A stretch of 32,172 nucleotides of DNA from Jimgerdemannia flammicorona (GCA_003990765.1 RBNJ01000001.1:62001-94172), one strand, 5' to 3'. Positions 10,851 to 22,886 are shown, counted from the stretch's first letter. Notes: a model not told the origin generated them from the letters alone. Numbers and translations: made by a program.

Positions 10851-11650
10851 ATGCACCCCCCCACATTCTATGAATATACTACTGAAGAGTCAATTCTGAC
10901 CTTCATTGAAGACTTTGAACAATTTGCCACCATACAAGCCCTTGGTATGGATGCTCAATTGGCCCTTCTACCAGTCAGCCTCAGAGGACCTGCCAGAGAC
11001 AAGTTCAATGTAGCTACTATTGCTGATGCTGGTGCAGCCAAACTTACCAACATGAAGGTCTTCCTCAGAACAATATATTATACCAAAGAGATCAAGCAAG
11101 CTCTCAAGGATCAACTCAATACTATCTGCCAGAGACTTAGTGAAGATCCCAACTCATTCTATACCCAAATTTGCCACCAGATTGTCTTGGCTGGCTATGA
11201 TAACCACCTTAAGGAACAAATAGCAGATTCAACCTTCCTCAAAGAAGTTCACTCTGAAATTGCCCTAGCAATCCAGTCTACCCCAGCTGCACTGACCCTT
11301 GATCAGAAAGTGGTCTTTGTACAGAGATATTGGACTGCCAGACATCCTACCAAACACTCAATAGAGAAAATAACTGGTATCAAGATGGAGCCATCAAAGC
11401 CAACTAGTATCATACCTGCCACAGTCATAAATAGACAACCAACCCCACCTATCCCCAAGACAGCCAAAGCTGACCCAGTGGAGGAACTTGTCAAGCAGTT
11501 TGCCGAGATAACTGCACACCTTGGTGATATTGTTAGAGAAGTCCAAAGTGCTAACAGGAGACCAGTATAGAGATTTGTAGCTGCTACAGAAGAATGCAAT
11601 ATCACATGCTTCAGATGTGGAGAAGAAGGCCACTATGCAAAGAGTTGCAT
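10851..11650 (+). pseudogene. gag: gag of element A with CCHC zinc knuckle
   Basis: 239-aa open capsid-like frame, then a TAG, then in-frame CFRCGEEGHYAKSC. Confidence 0.85.
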
Positions 11651-12936
11651 GACCAAAACAAGATGTAAAGCCCAACCAAGCAATGCTAGCAGAACCAGAG
11701 AAAAACCAATACAGTAGTCATTGAGGAGATTGGTGATACTGATGATGAAGAATACTATGAGGAGCTTGAATTCTACCCTGCTACCGAAGGTACCAGAACC
11801 TGGTCCAAGCCCTATGATAAGAAGAGCAACAGTAAGCCAGTTGGAAGACCAAAGAAGACCCCAGCTATCACTATTCAAAGTAAGACCCAACCCGAGGAGA
11901 TTGATCAAGACATGGAGTTAGATGAAGCTGTTTGCCAAATTATTGAAGGCACTATTCTAGTCTCAGGAGAAAGCAAAAGCAAGAAGGAACAGAAGTTGCA
12001 CAAGACCAAGATCCACCAGTATGACATCTACAAGGACCTCAAGAAATAGAAGGTCAATGCCACTTTTGGACAGCTAGCTGAAGTCCCTGCCTTTAGACAG
12101 CAGTTGAGAGTAGGACTTGCAACTATGCCAAGAATCAAGAGTACAAGATTGTAGAAGCTCACAATGCACAAGAAGAATCCAAGAACTTAGGTAAAGAATC
12201 TGAAGACCAGCGCAAGACATCAGCCTATACCCCCTGCCAGATCGAAGACTATATCTTTGATGCCATTATTGATACTGGTACTAGAGGATGCCTCATGAGC
12301 AAGAAGGCAATTGACTACCTAGGTTGAGACATTGAAGAGTCCACCAAGATGGTCTATGTTACAGCAGATGGTATACAAGCTACCCCCCTTGGCAAAATCT
12401 GAGAAGTCCCCATCAAGATAGGAGGAGCTACCATTCCAGTAGACATGATTGTTACAAGTACCACCAACTATGACATCCTCATTGGCAACCAATGGCTTCA
12501 CAAGACCAAGGCCATTATTGACCTCAATGCCCAGAAGATGCAGATCAACTACAGAGGAAGAAAGGTATAAGTCTCTATCAATGTCCACAAAGGAGTTCTA
12601 CCAGACATGGAGGAAGGAGATGAAGAAGACACAGAGGTCTTCATGCACTTGGTGAACAAGAACAAGAACAAGAGCAAGACACCTAAGCTCATAGATGAGT
12701 AGTGGTACAACAAGATCATTGATGGATATGTCCCTCAAGGAAGATGCCCCCATAGTACTAGGATGTACTGCTCCAAACACCTGAATGACTGCTGGTTCTG
12801 TATCAGTGAAGTCAGGAAAATCCGCCAACAGAAACATGAGCAAGAAGCCACCGAAGCAAAAAGGAAAGCTGAAGAAGATGACCAGCCCCCAGAGCTTCAA
12901 GCTGATAGTGATGATGAGGAGAAACAAGAATCAGAC

Positions 12937-13670
12937 ATCACCCTCAAAGTCAAGAAGTTTCACCCTGAAGTCAAGATCCCAGAATACAAGACTGAAGGAG
13001 CTATAGGAATAGACCTTGCTAGCATTCAAGATGCTACCCTTGAACCACAGACCACCACCCTACTTGGCACTGGAATTGGAGTCAAGCTGCCAGAAACCAT
13101 GCCAGAATTATCAAGACCAGGAGCAGTCTGGCCAAAAGTGAAATCTCAGTTGAAGGAGGAGTAATTGATCCTGATTATACTGGCAAGATCTTCCTCATAG
13201 TCAGAAATCACAACTACACCACTCCCTTCAATTTTTTTTTTTTTTTTTTATAGTCACTCAGACTCTCCCTTTATTACATCCCATCTATCCCATATAAGTA
13301 CAGTGAACTCACCCCCTAATCTATCCCCCTAGGGAGGCCCCTCCCCCCTACTCCTTCTTGATGAAACACCACTCTATTGAATACAATTCCTACCCTCCCA
13401 CCACTCTGTTTACATATCCTTGTCACCAAACCCCGTCATCGCCCCTCTGAAGGCCCCCAACCTATCCACCATCCAGTCATCAGATCTCCTGACAGCTCCT
13501 CCCACCTTAAAACCTTCTTCTGCAGGCTCAACACACCACCCCCTTTGAAGTCAAGAAGCATGACAGGATTGGCCAGATGCTGATCCATGAAATCAAGAAG
13601 CCCAAGATTATAGAAGCCATCGAACTCATCAAGACCAAGAGAGGAGAACAAGGCTTTGGATCTACTGGAA
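12937..13670 (+). pseudogene. dut: dUTPase domain of A, split by a LINE fragment
   Basis: Motifs AIGIDL, RSSLA, GVIDPDYTG, DRIGQML and RGEQGFGSTG, in canonical trimeric dUTPase order. Confidence 0.92.
13232..13532 (-). mobile_element. 5'-truncated LINE insertion (301 bp) with polyA tail and 16-bp TSD
   Basis: T18 run. TSD ACACCACTCCCTTCAA (13216-13231) versus ACACCACCCCCTTTGA (13533-13548). Encodes LSLQKKVLRWEELSGDLMTGWW..., homologous to the LINE C-terminus at ~2100-2300. Confidence 0.9.
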
Positions 13671-16600
13671 GAGAGGTCTATGCCACCACCAAGATTACCA
13701 AACTTGAGCACAAGAAAGATAAGGACCAGAACAAGTACACATATACCATTGGAGAAAACTTTCCCCTGGAGAAACAACTTCTCAAGATCCTGCATCAGAA
13801 CAAAGAAGTACTTGCTACAGACTTTAGGGATATCCACAATCAAGAACCCAAGTACTAACATAAAGTTGACACTAGTGATACCAAGCCTATCTACCAGAAA
13901 GCCAGACCTATACCACCTGCCTACAGAGAGTGGCTGCAAGCTGAACTCAATGAAATAGAAGAAGCCAGAATCATTAAGCAAGCTATCAGCCCCTGGGCCT
14001 CACCCATTGTTCTAGCCCTGAAGAAAGGAAGCAAGCCTGGAGAGTTTGTACCAAGACTCTGCATTGACTATAGGAAACTCAATGCCATCACCAAGAAGGA
14101 TAGGCAGCCCTTGCCAAATATTTAAGAAATTCTCACTACTCTTGGAAGTGAAGCCAAATACTACACTACCTTGGATCTGTTCTCAGGCTTCTATCAGATT
14201 GGTCTCACTCAAGATACCAGTGAGAAATCAGCCTTCATCACACCTGATACCACCTATATCTATCTGTGAATACCATTTGGAATGTGCAGTGCTCCAGCAA
14301 GTTTCCAGCAAATGATAAACAGAGTCTTCAGCAACAAGATTGGAAAATAGCTCTTTGTCTATGTTGATGATGTGATCATCTTCAGCAACACTGTATGGGA
14401 ACATATCAATTACATACAGCTAGCCCTCAAGAGGCTCAAGGAGCATGGCCTCTACATCAAGCTCAAGAAATGCAAGTTTGCAGCTCAAGAAATTGCCTAC
14501 CTAGGACACCTCATCAACCAGACTGGAATCCACACAGACCCCATGAAGATCGAGGCTGTTGCAGCCTACCCAAGACCCAGAACAACCACAGAAGTCTACA
14601 CCTTCCTTGGACTGGCCAGCTACTACAGAAGATTCATCAAAGGATACTCCAACATTGCAGCACCTATCTATGAGCTACTGAAGAAGGAGACCAAATTCAA
14701 ATAGACCAAGGAGTACCAAGAAACCTTCAATGAACTCAAGACCAGGTTGACCCAAGCATCCATCCTCAGAAGACCAGACTGGAACCTAGAATTCATCCTG
14801 CAGATAGATGTGAGTGCTATAGAATTTGGAGCAGTTCTAGCTCAGAAGAAAGATGGACATGAATATGTCATCTCTTATGCAAGCCAAGGTACCTGCAGAG
14901 CAGAACAGAACTATAAGTCATGCAAGCTTGAATGCTTAGCAGTAGTCTGGGCAGTAGACAAGTTCCACTACTACCTAGCTGGGAAATACTTCACTTCAAA
15001 CAGACCATTCTGCTCTTGCCTGGCTATTCCACACTCTGAACCCCAAAGGAATATATGCCAGATGGATCTACAGGCTACAAGAGTATGACTGTACTGTTAA
15101 GCACTGCTCAGAAAAGACCAATACCAATGCTGATGCACTCTCAAGGACACTCTGAAACACCCCCATCAAGACTATTCAACATGAATAAGGAGCTATACTA
15201 TGGATTAATTAGCTATCTTAGGCAGCGGAAGATGCCCAACCACCTCGAACCCTGGACAATCACCATTATCAACTGGACTTAGAAATAGTTTGAATTAGAC
15301 AACACTACACTCAGAAAAGAAGGAAAGCTAGTAATACCTGAACACAAGAAGTATCAAGTAATGAAGGAAGTACACAAGCAAGGACACTTAGGAGGAATCA
15401 ACACATATGACAAGGTAAGAAGAACTATGTAGTAGCCCAAGATGGAAGAAGATCTGCGCCAATTTGTCAAAAGGTATGACAAGTGCCAAAAACAGAAACA
15501 AGATCAGCAAGACCAGGTATCTGGGTCATCAAGAATTGAGCCTATCTCCTTTCACCACATTGCAATGGATATCATTGAACTACTACCAGTGACACTATCA
15601 GGAAACCACTATATTATAGTTATTGTAGACCTCTTCACCAAATAGATAGAGGCAGGAGCATTATAAGAAGTCAATGTCCTCTCTATAGTTGACTTCCTAT
15701 ACCGAGAAATCATCTGTCACTACAAGACACCAAAGCAAATCACAACAGACTGTAGAATGGAATTTGTCAATGGATTCTATGAGATAATATATCAGAAATA
15801 CAAGATCCAGCACATCAAGACCACTGTGTACCACTCTTAAGAAAATGGACAGACAGCAAGAACCAATAAGACCTTTAAGAATATTCTAGCGAAGATCTCA
15901 GACACATATGAGAATTGGGATAACTATCTCCCAACTACCCTCTCTGTCCTATGAGACATATGGTCACAGAGTACACATTTTACCCCAAGAGAGCTGCTCT
16001 TTGGAGAAGAAGATTCTGATGGAACCTCAGCCACAAATATAGACCTAACTTGGAGATGGGTTGATGCAGAAATCCAGAGACTACACCAAATCAGGAAGAA
16101 GGCTGAAGATTACATCACCAAGTTACAAGCACTGATAAAGAAGAATGTGGAAAAGAATCACAAGGCCCTAGAATCCATCTAAATCAGAGAAAAGGTTCTA
16201 CTATATCAAAATATGGTAGAAGCCTCATGGTCATGAAAACTAGAGCCCAAATGGGAAGGACCCTTCTATGTGCAAGATATAAAGGGAACTATCTTCTGGC
16301 TTAGAAAAATCTCAGAGACCATACTGCCTACCATGGTACATAGGAACAGACTCAAGAAGTACCATGAACCTATACAAGAGAAGTAAAATGTGATGACTGC
16401 CCATGAGGTTCTAGTCTGTGAATTGTAACAGCATGTCCCATGACTAGCAGGCTATCTGTCTGGACCATTCTCTAAGGGATATGGCACTGGCAACTACTCA
16501 TCTGTGAGACTTTCGAAGTCAGAGGAGTTTGAACCATCAACTGATTGGTCAAGATCAGAATCAGGCCCTTGCTCTAAATGAAGGAAGTGACTCTTCACCA

Positions 16601-16731
16601 TCACACCAAAATACAAAGGGAAGATGCCAGCCCATAAACACCAGTTTTTGACCCCTTGCCAGAGATTATAGGATCAGCAAATTTTTCAGGACTGGACTAA
16701 TGAATAAGAATGCTCAGGAAGATCCTTATTC

Positions 16732-16741
16732 AGGAGGAAGA
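16732..16741 (+). other. Polypurine tract of A
   Basis: AGGAGGAAGA abuts the TGTAAT start of the 3' LTR. Confidence 0.8.
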
Positions 16742-16983
16742 TGTAATGGTGACCTCAGAATGATGACATCAGCACAGGAGACAGCCTTTCCTTGCAAGCC
16801 ACCAGATCAGAGCACAAGAAGATCATATGGCATATGAGATGAGCAATGATGACCAACTGTGAGTCATTGTGACCATAGTACAAGCATCCTGAAGAATATA
16901 AAAGAAGGATCAAGGAACCACAGTAGCAGTAACCAACAAGAACCACTAATCCCAAAATAGCTCAAAGACTTACCACAAACAAA

Positions 16984-17832
16984 ATACCTGCTGCCTGCCA
17001 AACCTCAAGGTCAAGGAATCACCAAGGTATCTTGGTCAAGGAAAGGATGTTCCAAGACATCAGAAGAGCCATGGGGACCTGCTCAAGAAGGACTCCTAGT
17101 GTCCACCTGGGTACTGCAGACCCTTATCAGTTCATTCTCTACTACTGTGAAATGGAAACAAGGATCACCATTGCTACCGAATGCCTCCAAATGTGGCAGG
17201 AGTATGAAATAGGAAACCTCCTCTGCCAGGAGTACGAAATAGGAAACCTCCTCTGCCAGGAGTTCCCACAGACCAGCACCCAAGAGCTACAAGATACCAC
17301 TCCTATGGATATATATGAAATGAGGACAGCTAAGAAGATCCATCAGATCTTCAGGCATGCACCATGGTTAATCCCCAACTTGGAGTATGTCAGAGTCTCA
17401 GACTTCAGAGACCTATCATCCTGTCATATCAATGCACTAGAAGCCAGGGTGGCTACAGAAGCCCAGTCCACTATCACCCTCAATAGTGAAGAAGTAGAAG
17501 ACTTCTGGCATCCTATCCTTCAGAACAACCCAGACCAATTCCTGCAAGGATTGATCTCAGTATTCCAAGGCCCAAGCATCCAGGTTAGACCTCCCCAAGA
17601 CCCCACATTTGTTCCCTATTTTATGGAAGAGAACCTCATAGACTGGAGAGCTCTAGATCTTGTTCCTGATTTCCCCACCACAGCTGGACGTGATGACATC
17701 ATCAGCAATGACGTCATCCCATGTGACATCAAAATACATGAAATGTGCAATCTGTATAACAAATTCGCAGATCTCATCTCCTTTAGTGATGATGATGATG
17801 AAGCTCTCATAATTCTGAACTTTCTGCTCTAA
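16984..17832 (+). CDS. Second copy of the LTR-encoded protein (first ATG mutated to ATA, frame still open)
   Basis: Co-linear with 9432-10247. Carries a tandem duplication of QEYEIGNLLC and has no internal stop. Confidence 0.75.
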   Translation: MPAACQTSRSRNHQGILVKERMFQDIRRAMGTCSRRTPSVHLGTADPYQFILYYCEMETRITIATECLQMWQEYEIGNLLCQEYEIGNLLCQEFPQTSTQELQDTTPMDIYEMRTAKKIHQIFRHAPWLIPNLEYVRVSDFRDLSSCHINALEARVATEAQSTITLNSEEVEDFWHPILQNNPDQFLQGLISVFQGPSIQVRPPQDPTFVPYFMEENLIDWRALDLVPDFPTTAGRDDIISNDVIPCDIKIHEMCNLYNKFADLISFSDDDDEALIILNFLL

Positions 17833-17840
17833 AAGTTCTT

Positions 17841-18038
17841 TATTACACTGGATAATGCCAGCACTGGTATTCTCATATAATACTAAATAATACCAGCACC
17901 AGTATTCTCATGTAACACTGGATAATGCCAGTACTGGTATTCTCATATAACACTGGATAATGCCAGCACTGGTATTCTGAGGTGACGCAAAATTGTTCTA
18001 TCACCAGCATTTTGATGTAACACTAAATAATGCCAGCA
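17841..18038 (+). repeat. 35-bp tandem repeat in 3' LTR of A (~5.7 units)
   Basis: Units start at 17841, 17876, 17911, 17946, 17981 and 18016. Confidence 0.9.
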
Positions 18039-18383
18039 TCCTGAACCTGTACAACCATCAGTACCAGCCCTGGAATTTAGTAGTTTTAGTTATTGGAATT
18101 TATATTTAGCTTTATATCTTAGCAACCATTGAATTATATTTTGTATAAATACCCCTCTTATTTCCTCTGAAATAAAGTCAGTCAAGTTCACTTATATACA
18201 CTTCCTTGCAAGCCATCTAAGAGATAACAAGACAGTTAAAGATAAGAAGTTTGAGGACTATAAGACCTTGGGAAGGCACTCCAATAAGAACTTGCTTATA
18301 ACAAACTTAAGTTAGTCTAAGAGATACACCTTGAAGAGAATCTGACATATTTGAAGGACTCAGCAACCACTATATGACAATAT

Positions 18384-19099
18384 CTAAGCAAAGTATAATA
18401 AGTAGTGGAGATATTCTTAAAGAAGGTCTTATTCCTTAATCTTCTGAGTGAGTCAGTCTGGTAGTGCTATAGAGAGATGGCTGGCTCTGATACCATTGAT
18501 GGCCAAATTGTTTTCCTAGTAGATAAGTCTCACAGTCTTGAGATAGGCATCTATCCTGGTGGTAAAGATTTCTAGATCCTCTTCACTATTCTTATAGAAC
18601 TTCATCTAGGCTAGTTTGTTCCAAGTTTCTTATATATAGGCTGTATTTTAGAATTTGGTCAGTAGCAGAGCCTTGAGTTCTGAGTCTACTATATAGTTAC
18701 CTCAACCTGGTCTGTTATAGGCAAGTACTTATCCAGTGACTTGAGGGCAGTCTTCTCAGATTACTGAGTGTTTTTCTAAGATACACCAAAACTTGACTGC
18801 TATTCTAGTAAAGAATGTTACTACTGTTTCCACTTGTACTGCTGATGTAGCAAACAGCCATTAAAGGGTATTATCTTGGTTATTGATAAGTATTCCAGTA
18901 GGTACTTGGTTATTATTCATTAATTTACTTAGTATCCTATATATACTATTTTGATAAAGGTTTCAATATTGCTGTTTTTTCAACTAAAAGTGGAAATTCT
19001 CAAGGTCTTGGTTGGTTTGTTCTGTTCAGCAATTTGTTCTACTATGCCTGCTAGTATGGCTGGCTAGGTAGTCAGAGCTGCAATATTGGTATCTACCAT
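18384..19099 (-). pseudogene. gag: Core gag of element B (N-terminal part)
   Basis: MVDTNIAALTT...; similar to D gag MAN*QILDLTAQ... and shares the NG(I/T)RA motif. Confidence 0.65.
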
Positions 19100-19960
19100 T
19101 GTATTAACTACTGGTAGTAGACCTATGGGGGTAGATTCTCCTGAAGATTATTCTGTCTAATGAGATTGTGATGCTGTATGACTTGAGGTTACTTGATTCC
19201 TAGAGATCAGATCAAAGAATCCTATAAGAGTAGATAGACCAAACCTCTATATAGGTGGCTGGATTAGTTCTGAGGTCTGATCTTCTTGATCTATAGATTC
19301 TTGGTAAATTTCTAGGCCTACTGTTCATTGTTGGCTATTATCAGACTAATAACCTACAAAGTCTTCATCTGACTCTCTTTTCTGATGAGATAGTGCATCC
19401 TCATACTGACTAGGTTCTTCAAAGAAAATATCTATCTCTGGTAGAGTAAATGGGTCTGCTTCTTGATCAGCAGTAGGAGGTAGATGGCCTGCCTATTTAG
19501 TCTCATATCTTATTATAGCAGAGGCATAGTAAACAACTAATCTATAGTAGAGAGAGATCCTAGTAGGAATATGATGGTATCTGTTAGATATAATCTACTT
19601 GACAGCTGCTTCTCTTGCTACAGGGGGTGAGATATAATCTAAAAATTCCTAGGTGGCTATAATAGTAGATTCTTGAGTCCTAGTAGTTCTAAGAAAGTTA
19701 TAGAGAAGTATATAGAACCTATGGTGGCTGACTATATTCCTAAGACTTAGGTGAAAGTTTCTAAAGACCTCATATAGATCTCTGTAAGCCTGGTCAATTA
19801 CTAGCTAGTAGATTTCTGAGTCAGAGGTTTTCTGGTATTACCTGGTCTTAATGTCTAGCTCTAGTTTGGAGGTTTGTTCCTAGAAAATCTACAGTTGGTT
19901 TTGGGGTTACTTCTATCTAAGGTTGGTCTTGTTCCAACTTCTCAAGAGTGTGTTCTTCTG
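19100..19960 (-). pseudogene. Decayed pre-gag ORF or gag N-terminal extension of B
   Basis: FLDYISPPVAREAAVK*IISNRYHHIPTRISLYY~ISCLLC aligns with the D region 24472-24594. Confidence 0.6.
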
Positions 19961-19972
19961 GGCTCAGTAATT

Positions 19973-19984
19973 CCACTGCTATTA
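19973..19984 (-). other. Decayed PBS of element B (probably initiator tRNA-Met type)
   Basis: TAATAGCAGTGG 3 nt after the LTR end, consistent with G>A decay of TGGTAGCAG. Confidence 0.6.
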
Positions 19985-19987
19985 AGT

Positions 19988-20761
19988 TATAATAACTCTT
20001 ATTTTTACTCCTCTCTTATTCTTTAGATAATTAGAAAAACAAGGTATTACTTAGAGACTTAGTATATAAGTATACTAAGAAGCCTTTAGTATAAGAAAGT
20101 GCTTACTTAAAAGTAGTTATAGTGGTAGTATCCTTCTTATTAACCATAGTTATAAGGGACTTATTTTTTGCTATGTATCAACTAAATTTGTCTTGAAATT
20201 CAGGTTCAATAAGTGGGTTTACTTAAATCTTTATAATTTATATATTAGTCTCAGTTCTAGCAGAAGTTAGCTAGACTTCTGAAGTTTAGTTAGAAATACT
20301 AGAGTCTACTTAGATGTCATTACTAAGACTCAGGAGAATGTATGTATGTGGAAGGGGGCTTGATTCTCATATTAAGAACTAAACTAAAACTGTCTTTATT
20401 TTAGATAGAAACTAGAGGATATTTATACAAGTTAGTTTATAATTTCTGACTAAGTATAAGTGACTAATTTGGTAACTATAGTGAGGTTTATAATTGTGAC
20501 CTTTGTTAGGTAGTTTGTAATCAAAAATACTTTATGATCAGGACCTCTATCATTAGATAATGATTAGTTGCTATAGTGCTGATTACTGCAGTGCTAATTA
20601 CTGGAGATAAGCTGAATATCATTTATTTATATTATTCATATCATTTATTATATTTATTGTTTATATATTATATATTGTACTTGATTATGACATTATTACT
20701 GAGTTATATAATTACTTATCATATGTCATGTCTTGTCTATTTATTTATTCATTCTATTATA
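19988..20761 (-). repeat. 5' LTR of element B (774 bp)
   Basis: Repeat of 2491-3261. Termini decayed TGTA>TATA. Followed by the TSD AAAAG. Confidence 0.88.
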
Positions 20762-22860
20762 AAAAGTCTCCAAGTATCTTACACTCTCCCAGCTAATATT
20801 CCAATATCTGCACAAATCTGCCTTCCATAAGGTGGCCTGAATAAAAGTTAAACATGATATTTCTTCTCAGCAAGTACTACTATACCACCCAGAACTTAGG
20901 TGGTAGCTATTGCTATATCTCAGTACTTTAGGACCAGACTCTATTCTAGTTTCACCTCTTACCAATGTCTGCTATCTACCAGCTACTAGGTCATATATCC
21001 TGTCCTAACCCTCTCTGGTACTCTACTCTATTACTAATATCAAAGTCAATTAGTAGAGTTTCCCCTAACAACACTTGATCCCATCTCCACATCACTGGGC
21101 CCCATGACATCTCTCCCTTAGCCCTCTACTAGTGAAGACCAATGTGATATACCCCATCAACTACTCCCCACCAAAAGTCCTCCTAAGCCCAATCAAAGAT
21201 AGTAGATTCCTTGAAGAGCCTCTTAGTGAAAATCTCATCCCCCAGACCTTTTGCATCAAAGAAACCCAGCCACCTCCCCTCAGTTTCACAGCTCTCTTTA
21301 GCCACCATGCTCTCAGACAATATAGCCTCTTCAGGAAGTCAACTAGCCCAAGACCTCCTCTATCTACTAGTAATGACAGAATTTTTCAACTAATCTGACT
21401 CTGTTTCCCAGCCCAGATCTAGTCTTTGGTTAGCTTCAACAGCCTCTTTATCATCCAGGTCAGAAAGTTCAAATGATATGCTAAATATCATAGCTTCAGA
21501 AGCCAATAGACATTCAGAATTGAAACACAGCCCACTAAAGAGATGTGATGGCCTCTCCAGCTCTACAGGGTCTTTCTCCAAATAACTACCCACTGCTTCC
21601 ACCAAGTTTTTGATTGAACTGACCCATAGACTGAAAGGAAAATACCTAAGTACTACACAGTATCTCCAGTAGAGACAATTGTTTCAATGATATCCCCTCC
21701 CACTAGACCATTATTCAATACCATTGTTTCATACTTATGCTAGTTAATTTTTGTCCCAGAGTATGCCTCATACCACTCCACCATTTTTCAAAGTACTCCC
21801 ATATCTGCAATTGATCCAAGGTTAATTACTATATCATCTATAAAGGCCCCAACCTTCCAGACAATTCCAACATAGAGAGCTCCACTATCTTATGATGAAT
21901 CCTATTCATAAATGGCTTCAAGAATAGAGCATACAAAATAGAAAATAGTGGGTAACCTTGGGGAACACCTTTACCCAGAGAGAACACTACCCCCTAATGA
22001 CTATTACACATAAGTACAGCCCTACTCTCTTCTAGTAAACTAATTATTAATATTTAAAACTACTGAGAGACTCCAATCCTATCTAGTACTCTCACCAACC
22101 AGACCTATTGGACATGATCATAGGTCTTCTCCTGATCCAGGAAGACCTATCTCTCATCCAGCCTATAGGCTTGAGTCTCTTCAATGATGCTATAAACCCA
22201 AGCTATGCTATCCCTAATAAGCTGACCCTCAATGAAGCCCTATTGCTCCTCATCTAATACTTACTGAGCTATCATCTGCAGTCTTGTAATAACTATCTTA
22301 GTGACCATCTTTCTGTCTATATCCAGGAGTAGGATCAGTCACCAGTTCTTCCAATCCTCTCTCCTATTCTTATCCTTATATGTACAACAGTGCTACCAGT
22401 CCCAGATCCTGCTCTCTCACCCACTTCTCTGACTATAATACCAAGTCACAAAGCACTGTCATCTCTCTCAGTACTCCAGGGACTCCCACTATCTTCTTCC
22501 AGAAGTTCCAGAGCAGACCATCCTCTTCTGATGCAGTGCTCAGTATAGTTGTAGCAAGAATCTGGTGAATCTCCTTCTCCTGAACTGACAGCACCAAACT
22601 GCCAAGCCCATTCACTTGTAGTGGGTGCCAATCCTTCAAAGTATATTCAATAATAGCAGCATTAGCCCCACCCTCCTTCTCACTCTACAGACTACTCCAC
22701 TTCTCCTTCAGTGAGCCTAAAATGTTTTGTAAACCATATATCAGCAAATCATCAGAATTCAGGACCCCCTTCCACCTCTGTCTCACTCTCCTCATCTGAA
22801 GAAGCCTTGAGAGATACTTAGAGGGCCTCTCCCCCTCCTCCAGCCAATCACTGAATTTAT
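20762..22860 (-). mobile_element. L1/Tx1-like LINE ORF2 (RT and C-terminal zinc-finger region), decayed and 5'-truncated
   Basis: TASEEDGLLWNFWK (GPDG-like), KNW*LILLL, GFIEGQLIRD, FLDQEKTYDHV, GVPQGYPLFSILYAL and AFIDDI. The frame QILEY*LGECKILGDF continues into 2490. Confidence 0.88.
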
Positions 22861-22886
22861 ATCATATAAATCTTAGACAAAAAGAA

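Larger units (their letters stand above)
11651..16386 (+). pseudogene. pol: pol of element A: protease, Cys/His finger, dUTPase, RT, RNase H, integrase with GPY/F motif
   Basis: AIIDTGTRGC (~12262), SPWASPIVL, YVDD (14360-14371), LQIDVSA, KLECLAVVWAV, integrase HHCC region, IAMDII, KLEPKWEGPFYV. Scattered stops and frameshifts. Confidence 0.92.
9190..18379 (+). mobile_element. Full-length dUTPase-containing Ty3/Gypsy LTR retrotransposon (element A) with long ORF-bearing LTRs
   Basis: LTRs TG...CA at 9190-10724 and 16742-18379. 4-bp TSD ATAT (9186-9189 and 18380-18383). PBS and PPT present. Order gag-PR-DUT-RT-RH-IN, no chromodomain. Confidence 0.95.
16742..18379 (+). repeat. 3' LTR of element A (1638 bp)
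   Basis: 103 bp longer than the 5' LTR. The difference is accounted for by +3 and +30 in the ORF and two extra 35-bp units. Confidence 0.95.
2491..20761 (-). mobile_element. Full-length decayed Ty3/Gypsy chromovirus (element B), containing nested element A
   Basis: Paired LTRs, 5-bp TSD AAAAG (2486-2490 and 20762-20766), PBS, and gag, PR-RT-RH-IN-chromodomain order. Confidence 0.9.

Noticed and set aside
11568-11570. TAG at the same gag codon in A and E (30054-30056) as a programmed readthrough site
   Set aside because: It precedes the zinc knuckle and is easily reached from CGG, CAG or TGG. A parallel CGA>TGA stop is also shared in both proteases.
17841-18038. CRISPR-like palindromic 35-bp repeats
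   Set aside because: Head-to-tail tandem units inside an LTR, with no spacers.
18483-18495. Perfect plant-type iMet PBS (TGGTATCAGAGCC) on the minus strand
   Set aside because: It lies inside B gag encoding NGIRA (D has NGTRA) and has no adjacent LTR end.
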